From the NCBI RefSeq assembly GCF_009914755.1, contig NC_060929.1: a stretch of 64,000 bases of DNA. One strand, given 5' to 3'. The DNA is from the human T2T-CHM13v2.0 reference genome, Homo sapiens. Shown in pieces: positions 44,680 to 59,160 of this stretch. Made by a program: the position numbers and the translations under genes. Position 1 is the stretch's first letter. The number at the start of each line of letters is the position of its first letter. The notes below the pieces were generated by a model, which did not search any database, was not told the DNA's origin, and was given only the letters and a program-made list of their open reading frames with translations.

Positions 44680-45628
44680 CTAGAAAAATAAAAACATTAT
44701 ATGGTAATAATTGCATAGGTGGAACCCTAGACACAAAACTGATAATTTTATAAGTCTATAGAATTTGTCTTTGCATTAAAATAAAACCAGTACATTTTCA
44801 GAATACATAAAAGTCATCTATACCATAAAAGGATTTGTATTTGAATTTCTTCTGTATCCTAAAGTTCTTCACATTGTACTTAAATTACAGACCTCCAAAG
44901 AATATTTTCAGTAGTATTTAATGATATCCAAACACTGTAAGATTCAATGATGGCACTATCTTAGTCCAATCTTATCTATTTACCATTACTGATGCATTCA
45001 GACTCTAACACTAGGAACACTATTTCATTCTGACATTGTTCATAACTTTTAAAAAATTAAACAATTCACATTTATTACGACAGTGTTAACATGAATTTGT
45101 CCCTACATTTTTTCCTCATCATTTCCCAAGTAATTCTGAATATCAGAATAGCTAGAGCACTTAACTAGAAGTGTCCTGGGTTCTAGAATTAGTTCTAGCA
45201 ACACTCAAGTCACCTATGTAATAGTTTGGGCAAGTCACATTAGTAAAAAGGAATACTAACTAGCTACCTTCATAGGCTTTTTGATATACCTGAAACTATT
45301 CCAAACTCTCAAGTACTACACTTTCTTAAATTAATAATGATACATTTTATTTGCTGACTTAAGAGGCCATTCTTTAGGTTCTAGTTGCCATGAGCCTATT
45401 CTCTTGTCTAATATCCAAAGAGCTAATGAAAGCAGTATAGGATTACCACTGATGCATTTCTTCCTCTGTGTGACATTAGACTATCAACTTTATTAGCTCA
45501 ATTATTTTTCTTGCATATCCATCCAAAGTATGGTCTTTGTCCATATTGTTCCATTTAATTTTAAAAGTCATCAACCAATTCATTAGATAGAAGATATACC
45601 CCAAATATAAGTAATTGAACTAATTTAC

Positions 45629-45733
45629 CGTTTTCTTAGCAACTCGCCACTTATCTTCTTCAATGCTATGGTACTGGATGAGAGTGTTTTTAAGTTTAGT
45701 TGCAAAAGAAGCAACATCAGACAGGCCTTCCAT
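45629..45733 (-). CDS. STARD4: STARD4 first coding exon (exon 2; CDS 105 nt, exon extends to 45742)
   Basis: cag acceptor, gtaATGg start and gtaaat donor. Encodes [35 protein letters not shown]. The five exons sum to 618 nt (205 aa plus stop). Confidence 0.96.
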
Positions 45734-48700
45734 TACTTCTCTCTGTTATGGAGACCAAGATTAGCATCAGCAAATACCACAGTTTGAGGCAATAGGCCAG
45801 TGGGTCTCGAATCTGGTTTCACAATATAATAACCTACCAGAGCTATAAAAGATAGCTACCCTCACCCCAAATCAACTAATCATAATCTCTGAGAGTAGGA
45901 CCCGGGCATAGTTTTTTTCTAATTGCTCCCAAGATGAATAACCCATAGCCAGAGGTGAGAATTACATATTTTTTACAATTAAAATCACTCATACAGAAAG
46001 TAGAAGAGAAGACAGGAGGAAGGGGAAGCAATTGTATCTCATATATAGATATGCTGTTAACTCTCAAACATTTACCTCCAGTCCTCTTTGTTTCAATGAG
46101 CTCAAAAATCCCAGATCCAGAAGCCTACTTAAAGCTTCAAGCCTAAAGGGAATCTCTTGCCTCCCCTGGCTTCCCTCAATTTGTCACAGTATTCCTCATT
46201 TTAACAATTTACTATTAAAATGGCAATTGAGCCCAAGTTCTCAAGTCAAAAGGCTTGGAATTGCCCTTAATAAGAATAGGTTCCTTTTAACACCATCATA
46301 CCTCATTGTCTACAGTATTCTACACTGGTTTTCTTTCTGTCCCTCAAACAGGCTAGCTTATCGCTGACTTGTGGTCTTTGATACGGCTAGATCCCAAATC
46401 TTAGCATCACTAATAACAATGTAATGCCAATTTCAGTTTAAACCTCCTATCCTTCATAAAGCCTTCTTAAGTTACTATTACATCGTTATTTTCTTCATAG
46501 TGCTTATCATTATCTGACAATATAATAACTTATTTATAGGTGTATGATTCTACTCTTTGACCACCTCATTCCTAACTAATAGCATAGAGGTCCTTTTCTT
46601 ATTCACCACTATAACTCCACCACCTAGAACACTGCCTGGCACATAGTAGGCCCTTATTTTGTTGATATGTTATTGTCTCAAAACAAGAATTACTTGGTCT
46701 TTGTCTTCTTTTGGTGCCAGGGCACCAATTTCTTAGCATAATTCCTACTTTTCACTATTCTATCTCTATTCCTCCCATCTTCAGTAAAAGGCTAAAGAAG
46801 AAAAGAGTTTTAGGGGTAAAGTTGCCCATTACAGAACCATCAAATTGCTGGAAAGGAGGTCAAGAAAACATCTAAATGAAATCTCCTAATCTAAATGAAA
46901 TCACCCTCTATGGGAATAAGGCTGCAGTTGTCAACTATGGATGCACACATCAGAATCACCTTTTTATGCTTTGTACTAGTTGTCGCTGCTTTTAGGTGTT
47001 AGATTTTAGGGCCCAGTGCCAAATAGTCTAATTCAGTGGCTTTGTTCTGGAATGGGCCTCAGAAATGTAGGTCCTTTAAAATAGTCTCACTAATTATTCT
47101 GTTGTCTAGCCAGAGATCAGAACTAACTGATCTAAAAATTAAAGTGACAGAAATAAATTAAGGTTGTAGCCAATATTTAAATACCACTAATTAGAGCATA
47201 TAAGCCATTAAAATTTATAAATACTAAAATTATGTAGAAACATGGGAAAGTATACAAAGAAAATTCAATATAACTTTTAGGATCTATGTAAGTGATGCAA
47301 AATATATAATAAGTATAGATCCAATCCACGGATGAAAAGTTGATGAGCTCATTCAAAAAGTCTCTCAGTCAAGAATATACCTAATTTCCATTCAAGAGGC
47401 TGTCAACTTGATAGCCAGTTCAATAACTTTATTCAAGAGTATGCCACAAACAAGCAGAAGTTCTTGCAGAAGGCTTGTAAAAGAGATTTAATTTATCTAT
47501 TACAGGGATCACTATGATTAAACATATTCTTTAAACCCAAAGGTCACCTGCTAGGTTCCTGTGGTTGGCAGATAAGAGTATTTATGCAAAACTTTTTGAT
47601 AGAAATCAAAGGTGAAACAGAAAGTTATTATTATCATAAGCAAACATTATCACTGGGCAAATCCAGTGCACGGAAAGTTACCTAGAAAGCTAGCTACCTA
47701 GAAGAGATGAGAATCTGCAACTTTAAGGTACTTGACTTAGTAATTCATACTGATCAGTATAAAGTTCAAGCTCCTTACTATAGCTTACAGGCCCTTTTAT
47801 AATGTGGCATATTTTCATTACCTAATTTCCACTTATCTTTCCTGGATTCCCCTGAACCTGGGTTAGTTCCCCCTCCAATATTTTCTGACAGCAACTCTGT
47901 ACTGTAATTATTCACTTGTTATCTTCTCCCGTTTAACTGTAAAATCTTTGGGGGGTAGGAAATCTGGCTTGTTCAATATTAATTCTCCTTACGTCTAGCA
48001 CTCAGTAGGAACACAGTGAATAAAAAATGGAAAAATGTATAGACAATAAGCTACCATTCTCACTTATGGAAGACCTCAAGATATCTAAAGTATGCCCATT
48101 TACGCCAATCCTAGAGCTTCTGAATAACTAAAACTTCCTTTACCATAATGAAACACCATTTCTCAAGAAGGACTACTATTAAATATTTATCAAGCATCTA
48201 TTATATACCAGGTCCTAGAACTACAGAAACAGATGGAATTCAGATTTTACTCTCAAATTGACTTATTCCACCCTTAAGCTTTAACAGAAATAACAACAAC
48301 AAAAACTAAAACATTAAAAAATTCTATTAATAGCCTTTTTAAGAGTGGTGCAGTGGGAGGTAGGAAAGGAAGAGAAAGAAGTACAAAATCAGAAAGCTCT
48401 CTCTGATTAAATATGTCCAGCAATGTATTTAACCAAACAGTTAAGTCTTGCATGGATTATTTTCATCAAGATTAAGTCCATAATGAAATAATCATTGCCA
48501 TCAAAACTGCTACCTCTGTGTAAACAGGCATAATTGAGCATTTCTCAAAATATTAATATATTCTAGAACCAAGAGGGTTGGGGGAGATGGGTTATCAAGG
48601 TCTTGGCTCTCTCTCCTAATATAACAGGGTACTGACATTAATTGAGAGGAAAACACCTAATTTGCCCTCCTGCAATCTCCAACTGTGGAGAATGTCAGGT

Positions 48701-50229
48701 AAATGTTTTAAATGCCATTCTGAACCCATTCTGAACTTCCTTTTACTAATTCAGTCTTTTATTCCCTTATCTTGACCTTATATCAGGAAATTATCCAACT
48801 CTAACATTTACACGTCAGAGAGAACAGGCACCACTTAACCTTATCAGAATATAATAGGTTCATATAAAAGATTTTATACTCTTGTCAGTCCCATGGCCAA
48901 ATGCTGAGTAATGTCCACCTCCATGTTTTTCCTTTAATCTTTTTGTTCATGTTTTCTATGCCCATGCTTTTGAAGCTATCACTAGTGGTGATAGTGGCTG
49001 CCATCATAGGGAGGGCAGCTGTCTCAAGTTACTTTTCTTGAGGCCATCTATCAGCACCATAGTCTTGACCAATCCAACTCCAATTATTCTCAAATATCTG
49101 TCACAGTGAGATGGCATAGGTTCTATTTTAAATATGGAACATAATAAAACATTTAACCTGTAATGTAAAGTGAATGCCATAAAAATCTGTTTGGACTTTT
49201 GTAGTACGACTAGGTCAGAATTCACTTGTTAAAGAAATGCAGGTATCAGAACGGTCTAACCTTGCATTACTTGATTAATATGGTTTTCACTTCCGTCAAC
49301 AGCTTCAGTTTAACATGCCATGGACTTTCCCCAATGTCATACAAACCAAAGCTTTGTAAATTAAATTATATTTTCTAACTAACATAAAAATTTCAGCATA
49401 TGCTTGATTTCCAATCAATGTTGAACTGTTAAGTTTTCTAACTCAGACAAGTACAGCAGCTTCTCATTTTTTGAGACTGGCTCTGGCAGGAGCTCACTAT
49501 TTAAAGAAATGCAACATGGAAGTATATTTCTACAATATGAATAGTGAGCCAACTTACTGTTCAAACCCCTAATGCTCTAATACTTGATTAAAAAAAAAAC
49601 CTAATGCTCTGTACTTGATTTTAAAAAATAACAATAACATTTATTGATCACTTACTACATGGTCAGTCCTTCTGGCTGCTTTACATTGCATTTATTTTAT
49701 TTAATCCTCACAACAGTAATAGTCCTCCTTGAGAAAATGTGTTTCATTATGGTAAAGGAATTTTAGTTATTCAGAAGCTCTAGGATTGGTGTAAATGGGC
49801 ATACTTTAGATATCTTGAGGTCTTCCATAAGTGAGAATAGTAGCTTAATGTCTATACATTTTCCCTGTTTTACAGAAAGGGAAAATAGCAACAGGAAGGT
49901 TGAGTCACTTGTCCAAGATCACACAGTTCATAAGTGATGGAGCCAGAATTCCAACCCAGGGCGTCTGACTTCAGAGCCTAAAGCTCTCTCTTGTAAAACT
50001 GTGGAAGCTGATCACAGGCTGGAAAAGACTTCATATAAAAAACCTGGGCCCACCAAATATTTGTCAAGTTTTGTCCTGGCTGCTGAACCTAAAAATCTAA
50101 GGTAATCTTTCTCAAGTGTAAATTCGGGAAAACAATGACACTGATTTGGTGAGAAATTATTTGAGTTAATACATTTAGCAGGGACCTTGGAAGGCAGTAA
50201 GCCCTGGGAAAACTTTGTCTCTTGTCTTT

Positions 50230-51060
50230 GGCATCACCTCCGCGAAGCCTGGTGGGACGCGGCTGCCCCTGCGCTGTCTGTGCACCTCCTAAGAACCAGG
50301 AAGCGCGGTGACCTCCAAAGAACAGGACTGTCCCAAATCAAGCGGGATTACCACCGCCCCTCTCCCATTTAACAGCTGAGGACACTGAGGTCTAATGGAT
50401 TCCAAGTACTTAAATAGGTGAGCGGCGCGCAGGGGCGAGTTGCAAGCCCTGGGATCCTTCCAGCTCGCCGCTTCCCCTCCCAGGGGCTCAGGTTTCTCTT
50501 TCATCTGTGAGGTCCTCTCCCGCCCGGACGCCGGGGCCCGCCATCCCCAACGTCCACCGCGAGCTCCCCAGATCCATGGTCTGGAGCAGGTCCAGAAGAC
50601 GCACCTGGCAGGACGCCCCGGGCGCCACAGTCGCCCTCCACACGGGCCACCCCAATCCTGCCGCGGCTCCGTGGCTCTCCTTACCTTTACCTGAGGTGAA
50701 GCAAGGACGTGGAAGCAGCTACGGCGCGCTACCAAGCACCTCACACCGCTCTCAACAGTACTGCTCAGCCTCCCGGCCCGCCGATGCGCAGGCGACAGCA
50801 GCCAACTTGTAAGTCACCGCTGGTCGCAGCCAACTGGAAGGCACCCAGCGCCTCAGGGCAAGGCGGGCCGAGCCCCCAGCCCCGCCCCCTGGCCCGATCC
50901 CGGGGGCTCCGGGGAGGGGGGGCTGAGAGGAGGTGGCCGGAACAACGTGCGCTTGTTCGGATTGGCTGGCGCGGGAGCGTGTGGAGGGCTGATTGGTGGC
51001 CGATAAATGGAATGATTCCGCGTGGGTGTGGGCTGGCCCGAGCCGCGCCAGGGTTCCCTG
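50230..51060. promoter_or_regulatory. CpG island / STARD4 promoter region
   Basis: Only CpG-dense, GC-rich block in the window. GC box 50879-50888, CCAAT (minus) at 50961-50965 and 50992-50996. Confidence 0.85.
50685..50850 (-). other. STARD4: STARD4 non-coding exon 1 (TSS approximate)
   Basis: Minus strand CAG|GTAAAG|GTAAGG donors at 50691 and 50685, downstream of the CCAAT/GC boxes. Confidence 0.7.
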
Positions 51061-51419
51061 GATGTCTGGGGTTGCCTGCAGGTTTGGATTGGTTGGGTTG
51101 GGTTGTCCTGTGATCACTTAATTGTGAAAGAATTTTGTCAAGCAGTAAACCGACTGGGAGAAATTGAAACAGAAGGCGAAGTGAAGGATCACAGTGAGGG
51201 ATAAGGTCCAAATTCATCCCGCTTGTGGATATCCTAGTATCTCGCAACTACGCTACTCCTCCCAGGACTAAAAGTCAAATAAGAAAAAGCGCCCATGCAG
51301 AGGAGGACGAGCTCTCTGCCTCCTGCTTAGCCTGACTCAGAACTGAGAGAGCTGGGAAGGAAAATGCATATAAACGAAAGTCCCTGCCACTATGTGAATT
51401 GACCTTTAGCCAAATACGT

Positions 51420-51462
51420 TTGTGTGTGTGTGGGTGTGGGTGTGTGTGGGTGCGTGTGTGTG
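51420..51462 (+). repeat. Imperfect (TG)n upstream of the promoter
   Basis: Seen directly. Confidence 0.8.
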
Positions 51463-53544
51463 TTTCCATCCTCAGATAAAGAGTTTAGAGGGCAACCTTA
51501 GAAGCAGAGAAAAGGAGGAGGTGTGACAAGTGGATTTAGCAACTGCACAGTTTTGGAGTTTCCATCTACTCGAACATGAGAAAGATTTCTTCCAGTGGCT
51601 GTGAAGTCACCCATCTGATGGGATGCTTGGCAAACAGTGAATTTCTTCCTTTACCAGAGTAGCCATGATGCACTGATTAGCGAGGCTTGGTTTGTCTGCA
51701 AATTGCGTTTACTAAGATACGTAGTTTGAGAACCAAAAGCAGGGAAGAATGCAGTGCTACACCATTAGTGATTTCTGATAGACTTGCAATGAAAATAAAT
51801 AATATTTCGTAAATTTTTAAGTCGGCCTCACCAAAAGAATTACCAAATACTACTTGCTAGTTATTATTGGCCGATTTATTTTTTACCTCCATCGTTTATA
51901 TGTAAAATAATTTGTTTTATATTTATATTTATAATTTCGTGTGACATAATAGAAGAGTTCTTCGTGTGTTGTAAAGCTCCTTTCACTTAGGAATTATTGG
52001 CCAATTATTGAGGTGCTTTGGATGGATGGATGAATACGTAGATAAATAATTTGAAATGGTTGGGGAAAAGTGCTTTGTAATTAAGTTGTACCTACTTAAT
52101 TCAATTACATTGAATCCTCTTAACAGCCCCCTAAGGTAGGTGTGTTTTACAGGCGAGGAGCCCCAGACATAAATCTTAAGGCAGGTTGCTTAATTACTGA
52201 GTGGAGAAACTGGAATTTGGCTGAGGTCTGCTGGACTCTGAAACTGGGCTCTTAGTCTCCATAAAATTCAGATGGTGCTTGGTAGCTCTTTGTCAAGGCA
52301 CCTGTGAAGACCACTGGGACCATAAATGAAAGGCCTAATTCCTACTGTGAGGGTTTACACAGGTTTAATGGTGGAGAGGAATAAATCCACGTATCTATTT
52401 CAAAAAAGTAAAAAAGTTGTATCTGTCATTATTAGGATTCAGTTCTGGATACTTTGCTCAACAGTCTATATATTCTCTTGCAGGATGGTGTAAAACATGT
52501 TTAAAACAAAATTAACTTGGCTTTTTTTTTTTGGACGGCGGGAGTCATTACATCACACTTATGCCCCCATGGGATTTCTTATCTTCCAGCCAGTTTCTGG
52601 GAGGTTTTTGTTTCTTTTGCTTTTGTTCTTCATCTGTTGCCATTTTTCTTGGTTAGAATGAAGTTTGGGTAATTGGAAGCCACTCTATCAAAGTGGAATG
52701 CTACTAACAGCAAAGCTTCAGATTCAGAAATACATATACAAATACATCATCTGGAGCTATTTTTGAGGGTTTAGTATGGTCCAAACACAGTGCTAAGCAT
52801 TTTACATTTTACAGCAATGCCTGAAAATAGGCATGTACTATTACTATTTTCATTATACACATGAGAGAACTGTAGTATGTAACACAACAGATAGATCTCC
52901 CCTACAAATAGTTTGAAAATGGGAAAATAAGGTCTCCATCTAGAATTCAAATATAAAAGAGGCATATAATGAATTTGATCAGCTAAATGGAAACTTAACC
53001 TAAAGAGACAAAACAACTGCCCTGCCAAGTCCTGACTATAATCTGACTGAATATAGTAACACATCTAAAGAAAGAATTTTCAAGAAGAAAAACATTAAAA
53101 ATTCCAAAACACAGAAATAATATATCCACAATTTCTAACCTGGGCAATAAATCTAGAAGTAAGCAAAGCAAAAACACGCTCACAAATATCCCCAACTACT
53201 TGAAAATTTCTAAAAATCTGTCCCCAAACACATTGGTTTAAGAGAAAAATCAAACATTACATGCTGAAGAATATTAATAAAAATATTTTAAAATATTAAT
53301 ATTAATAATAAAAATCAAAACACTATATATCAAAGCCAGAGAACAGAACAAATTTCAATTCAGGAAAATTCATAGCCTTAATTTAATTCAACAAATATTT
53401 ATTAGTTGTTTGCTACCTGTACCAAGGACTGTGGGTATAGTGTATCTTAACAGAGAGCTATTTATTTGCTAATAGAAGAAACTCAACCTGAATTAAGCTA
53501 AAAAAAATGTGTTAAAAGGATATAGAAATGTCTTATAAAAATTT

Positions 53545-53930
53545 GATACTGAAAGTCGGGGCCACAGACCAGCAGCATTGGTATCACCTGGGCGCTTAAC
53601 AGAATTGCAGAATCTCAGGCCCCAACCTACTGAATCAGAATCTACATTTTTAAACGACATCTGGATGGTTTTATGCACATTAAATATTGAGGCCAGGCGT
53701 GGTGACTTACGCCTGTAATCCCAGAATTTTGGGAGGCCAAGGCAGGTAGATCACTTGAAGTGCCCAGACCAGTCTGGGCAACATGGTGAAACCCCCTCTC
53801 TAATAAAAATACAAAACTTAGCCAGGCGTGGTTGGTGTATGCCTGCAGTCCCAGCTACTTGGGTGACAGAGAGAGACCCTGTCTCAAAAAAAAACAAAAA
53901 AAAACAAAAAAAAAACTTGAGAAGCACTAT
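53545..53930. mobile_element. MER5A-like element interrupted by an internally deleted Alu (53691-~53914, +)
   Basis: gcagaatctcaggccccaacctactgaatcagaatctacatttt (MER5A). The Alu right arm jumps from cccagctact to tgggtgacaga. Confidence 0.75.
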
Positions 53931-54204
53931 TATAGAGCACAAAGCCTTGACTTACAGCTAAGCCTCAAAATGATTGAAGCCAGAACTTAGCCACCAAGAA
54001 CTAAGACTGTACAAATTCATTGAACTGTACATTTAAATTGTGTGCACTTCATTGTAAATTGTACCTCAATTAAAAAGAAAAAGAATCAACCAAGAAGTTA
54101 GAGAAAAACATCAGAAAGAATGAATTAAGAAATATACAAACAAAAAATTGGGAAAAATGGAAAGCAAAGAAACAGTAGAATTAATTTTAAAACTACATCA
54201 CATG

Positions 54205-54303
54205 TGGGCTGATAGATGCAGCAAAGCACCATGGCGCATGTTTACCTATGCAACAAACCTGAACATCCTGCACATGTATCCTGGAACTCTAAATTTAAAA
54301 AAA
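54205..54303 (+). mobile_element. ~100-bp 5'-truncated L1PA 3' end
   Basis: gcagcaaagcaccatggc...tttacctatgcaacaaacctg...cacatgtatcctggaact, flanked by duplicated TACATCACATG. Confidence 0.8.
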
Positions 54304-55516
54304 TACATCACATGATTTTTTTCCCCTGTTGGGGATTGGTTTGACTATAATAAAATAGGTAAATAAACAGTCTAATAGAGAAGAGGAAATGGCAGAGGAA
54401 AAAAAAGTCAAGTAATTATGACTAAGAAAGGGGAAGAAATCATAATTAAAGAGTAAATTAAAATAGTAAGTCTTTGTGAACTAACAAATTAAATCCAGGT
54501 GAAATGGATACTACTTCCAAGGAAACACAAATCACCAAAATTGATACAAGAAGAATTTTGAGTTAAGAAGTCTAATAAACTTGTAAAAATAAAAACTATG
54601 AGAATATTAGGGAAAAACTATGACTAAGAAAAGGACCAGAGGATTTCACATGATAATTTTCAACTCCCAAAGAAACTAGTCGTTCTGTTTCTATTAAAAC
54701 TGCTTTTAGACCATAAGTTTTAAAAATCTATTTTTTTCATAAATTGAGTATTTTGCATTACTCTGATATCCGAATAAGACACTTGAAAATCTTAGTAATG
54801 TATCTTGCTGTGAGGTGGTAACTGGTGTCAGACTTGTTCTCCTACCTCCTCAACTAAATTTATGAAAAAAATGGTTTCAGACATTGAGAAACTGGCAACA
54901 CAAGGTTTTGATCCTTGGAAAAGGGAAACAATTGAAGTGAACACCTATATATCTGAACCAGGAAGGGCTTGAAGTATGTTAACCACTGAAGCTTTGCAAA
55001 ATGATCAAAAGGAAAAAAAAAATGAGTCTGTCACTGTCCCTAATAAAAAGAAGGATGGCATCAGCTGTAGAGGAAATATGTCTCCAGACTTCAGAGGCCA
55101 AAGACTAAATAGATGATTTATAGCTGGACACAGGGTTAGAATGAAAAGTGAAGAATCTTTATTTTTTGAAATAGTACTTAACTTTAATGTTAGACTAGTG
55201 AATATGCTTTTGAGAAGCCAAATAGAACAGAGATACATGACACATCAGTAAGAGTTTTGCTTGAGGACAAAAGACACACCTAAGCAAAGCTAATACATTT
55301 CAGTGACTGGATTTTGGTACTGGAAAGGAAATTTGGATTCAGCCAGAATCCATATCCTGCCTTCTTCTCCTTGGGTACCAAAGGCTTCCGGAAACCAGAG
55401 ACCCAGAGGTGATATCCCACCCATCAACAAGCAAAGAGGGGCAATTTACTGTCCAAACTCAAAAATAGTATCTTGAAGAAAATTATAGAAGGGACTAAAA
55501 ATTCTTATTAGCCGTA

Positions 55517-56400
55517 TGTGATATTATGACTTAATATATATATTGATTTTCATCCACAGTTCCTGCCTCGTAATTCCCTTAGCCTTTGTTACAGTCTTTT
55601 GTTATAATGTTGGGGTGCTTTAGGCCTCAGGAACAGGCCCCAGGAAACAATCTCTCTCTCTCTCTGATCTCCTGGCCTCCTTTTACCTGTTCAAGGTGAG
55701 ACTACAAACTGATTGTGGGTACAAAGAACCTCATTCTAGAGAGGGTCCTTCTTCAGGTTCAAGAAGAATCTGAAGAGACAGGTCTTGCTAGTTTTCCCCA
55801 CTCAGTGTGACATCATACCCTTTTTGTCCAGTCACATTTCTACATGGTTGTCAATCATGCCTATGTAATAAAGGCTCCATAAAAACCCAAAAAGACAGGG
55901 TTTAGAGAGCTTCCAAAATAGCTAAACACATGGAGGTTCCTGGAGGGTGGTGCACCCAGGGATGGCATGGGACCTTTGCACCCCTTCCTTCATACCTCTC
56001 CCTATGCATCTCTTCACCTGTATCCTTTCTAATATTCTTCATACTAAACAGGTAAACGTAAGTGTTTATCTGAATTCTGTGAGCTACTCTAGTAAATTAA
56101 TCAACCCTAAAGACGGGGTTGTAGGAAACCCAACTTGAAGCCAGTAGGTCAGAAGTTCCTGAGGCTGGGACTTGAAACTGGTGTCCAGGGGGAAACAGGG
56201 GGAAGCAGAGGACAGTTTTGGTGACTGAGCCCTCACCCTGTGGGATCTGAAGTTATTTCCAGGTAGATAGTGTCCAAATTGAATTAAAGGACACCAGCTG
56301 GTGTCTACTGCTTGGTGTGTGGGAAAAGTCCCCACATGTGGTCACAGAAGTCTTCTGTGCTAATTGCTGTGGTGTGAGAGCAGAGAAAAACGGATTTTCC
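55517..56400. mobile_element. ERV LTR, MER21-like
   Basis: tgtgatatt start, gcctcaggaacagg, tggaggttcctggagggtggtgcacccag and gactgagccctcaccctgtgggatctga motifs. Confidence 0.7.
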
Positions 56401-56556
56401 CAAATAGCATAACGTTAGGGCCAACATGAAATTGACCTGGTTGGGATTTCCCCTAGCAAATTGAGAAAGGAATTTGGGCCTGAGAACTTGAAAAGATGTC
56501 ATCCCAATTTATATTTGCCCTTAGGTTCTGTAAAAGTGCCCAGTTTTTCTCCTTGA

Positions 56557-56944
<388 letters not shown>

Positions 56945-57568
56945 CTCTTGTTCTTAAGCAGCTTTATTACATTTCCAGCAGGCAGGCCAGAGAGTGAGGA
57001 TGCTGCTGGTGTGCTGGGGAGGAAGTGCAGGAATCTGTAGAGGACAGTTGTTTTCAGAAGTCCAAGATCCTATCCCCTTTATTCTGTTAGTTGTACTTCA
57101 GTTTGCTTTCAGGAACCACTACTTTTCCAACTACAATTCTCAGTGATTTAGATACACTGACTGCTCTCCTACTCCAGGGCTAAGCTCAAGACCCAGGTTT
57201 GGCAAATGAGTACATCACAGCTGCTCTAGCAAGGGAATAAATTCGCCAATGACCAGATGACCCAGTTGGTTAAGTGAGTTTCGCTCCCTGGACTATTTCT
57301 GGCAGGGAACTGTCAGCCTGCCCTGTTCAACATTTTCTTCCTTAGTTTTATCTAGGAATGTCCTGGGATCAGCTGAAAAGAGGGAGGAGGTGGGGTTTGG
57401 GGAGGAGACATCCTAGCAGCAGTTAATACAGGAAGGAGAACCTGAAATTTTTCATCTGTGGGTATGAGAAGACAAGGTTTCCACATTCCTCGGCAGCTCC
57501 TGCACCTGCCTGGAGCAACTTTTTGGGTATAGCCATTTATACATAGGCTAGGCAACCATTAAGAATCA

Positions 57569-57885
<317 letters not shown>

Positions 57886-58974
57886 TCAAATACTAAAATA
57901 TCCATGGAACTTATGTTTTCACTCACATTTTTGTGTACTCTTTTGTGCTATCTGTTCTGTTGTTTAACACATATGCTCAATTGTTTAAAAAAAGAAGCAT
58001 ACTTTTAAGAAAACTTAGGGCAACTAAATAGTAAAACACACTATACCGATGTATAGAAAATATTCATGTTATGAGATCATAATTAAAACAAATAAACCGA
58101 AACAAAAACAAGCAAACAATTCAAAATTTACTTCATATATATATTTATATATATGAATAAATATATATATTTAATTCATATATATCAAAGTATTTCAATG
58201 AAAGCCAATTAACAATATTATAATCCTCATAAATTATATAAACAACTGACGCCAAATCCTCCATTACAGATAACATGTATCACGTGCTTGATATATAGTC
58301 CAGGCATTGCTCTAAGTAGGCACTATCATGATCCCTATCTTGCATCTTAGGAAATTAAAGCTTAGAAAGCTTAAGTACTTACCTTAAGTTCATACAGCAA
58401 ATGAGTGGCAGAAGTCAGGTGTGATTCCTGTACTCTTATTCACTATTCTATTCTCCCTCTCAGTACAGAATCTGTCAGGACAGGGCAGCAATAGGATAAA
58501 CTAGACTAGGGCTACCTGGGACTTCCAATTGGATGTGAGAGGCCATGTGAGTTCACAGGTTCTCATGGTATTGAAAAGAATGTCAGAAGCCAATGGATGA
58601 ATCCAGCCCACAGTTGAGGCTGACAGAAAAACACTGGGCTGCTTCATGTGTATCTGAGACAGTTAGTAGCAACTTGATGTCTCCATTATGAAGATGGGGT
58701 TATCTAAGTTTCCAAAATTTCATGTTGTGTTTCAGTTCCCAAATGGTCCAAAGAACATTGATATGTGATTTTAAAGTGAAACCGAGCAGAAGAAAGTTGT
58801 TTCAAATACCAGAGCTAAACTAAGTACAGTGTTTGAAAGAATGGACTCCATAGCAGGGAAGAAAAAGACCCAACTGGAGTCCACTTTTTAAGAGATCAGC
58901 AAGGTACCTCTGATGAGGTTTTTTAAAATTTATTTCATGCAAGCACACCACAGTCTATGTGCCAAATTAGCACC

Positions 58975-59160
58975 CCCAACCTTTGTTGTAAAGAGTGTTT
59001 TGGGGATGTAAGTACACTTATCCACACACGCACTCTCTATGACAGCTTTTATGCTACAATGTCATGGCTGAGAAACTGCAACAGACACTGTATGACCTGC
59101 AAAGCTGAAAATACTGCTACCTGACCCTTTCTAGAAAAACGTTGCTTACCTCTGCTCTAA
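58975..59160. mobile_element. MER58-like fragment
   Basis: gcaacagacactgtatgacctgcaaagctgaaaatactgctacctgacccttt. Confidence 0.55.

Noticed and set aside
50187-51247. Overlapping 100-160 aa Arg/Pro/Gly-rich ORFs on both strands
   Set aside because: Expected from stop-codon depletion in a CpG island. No domain or splice support.
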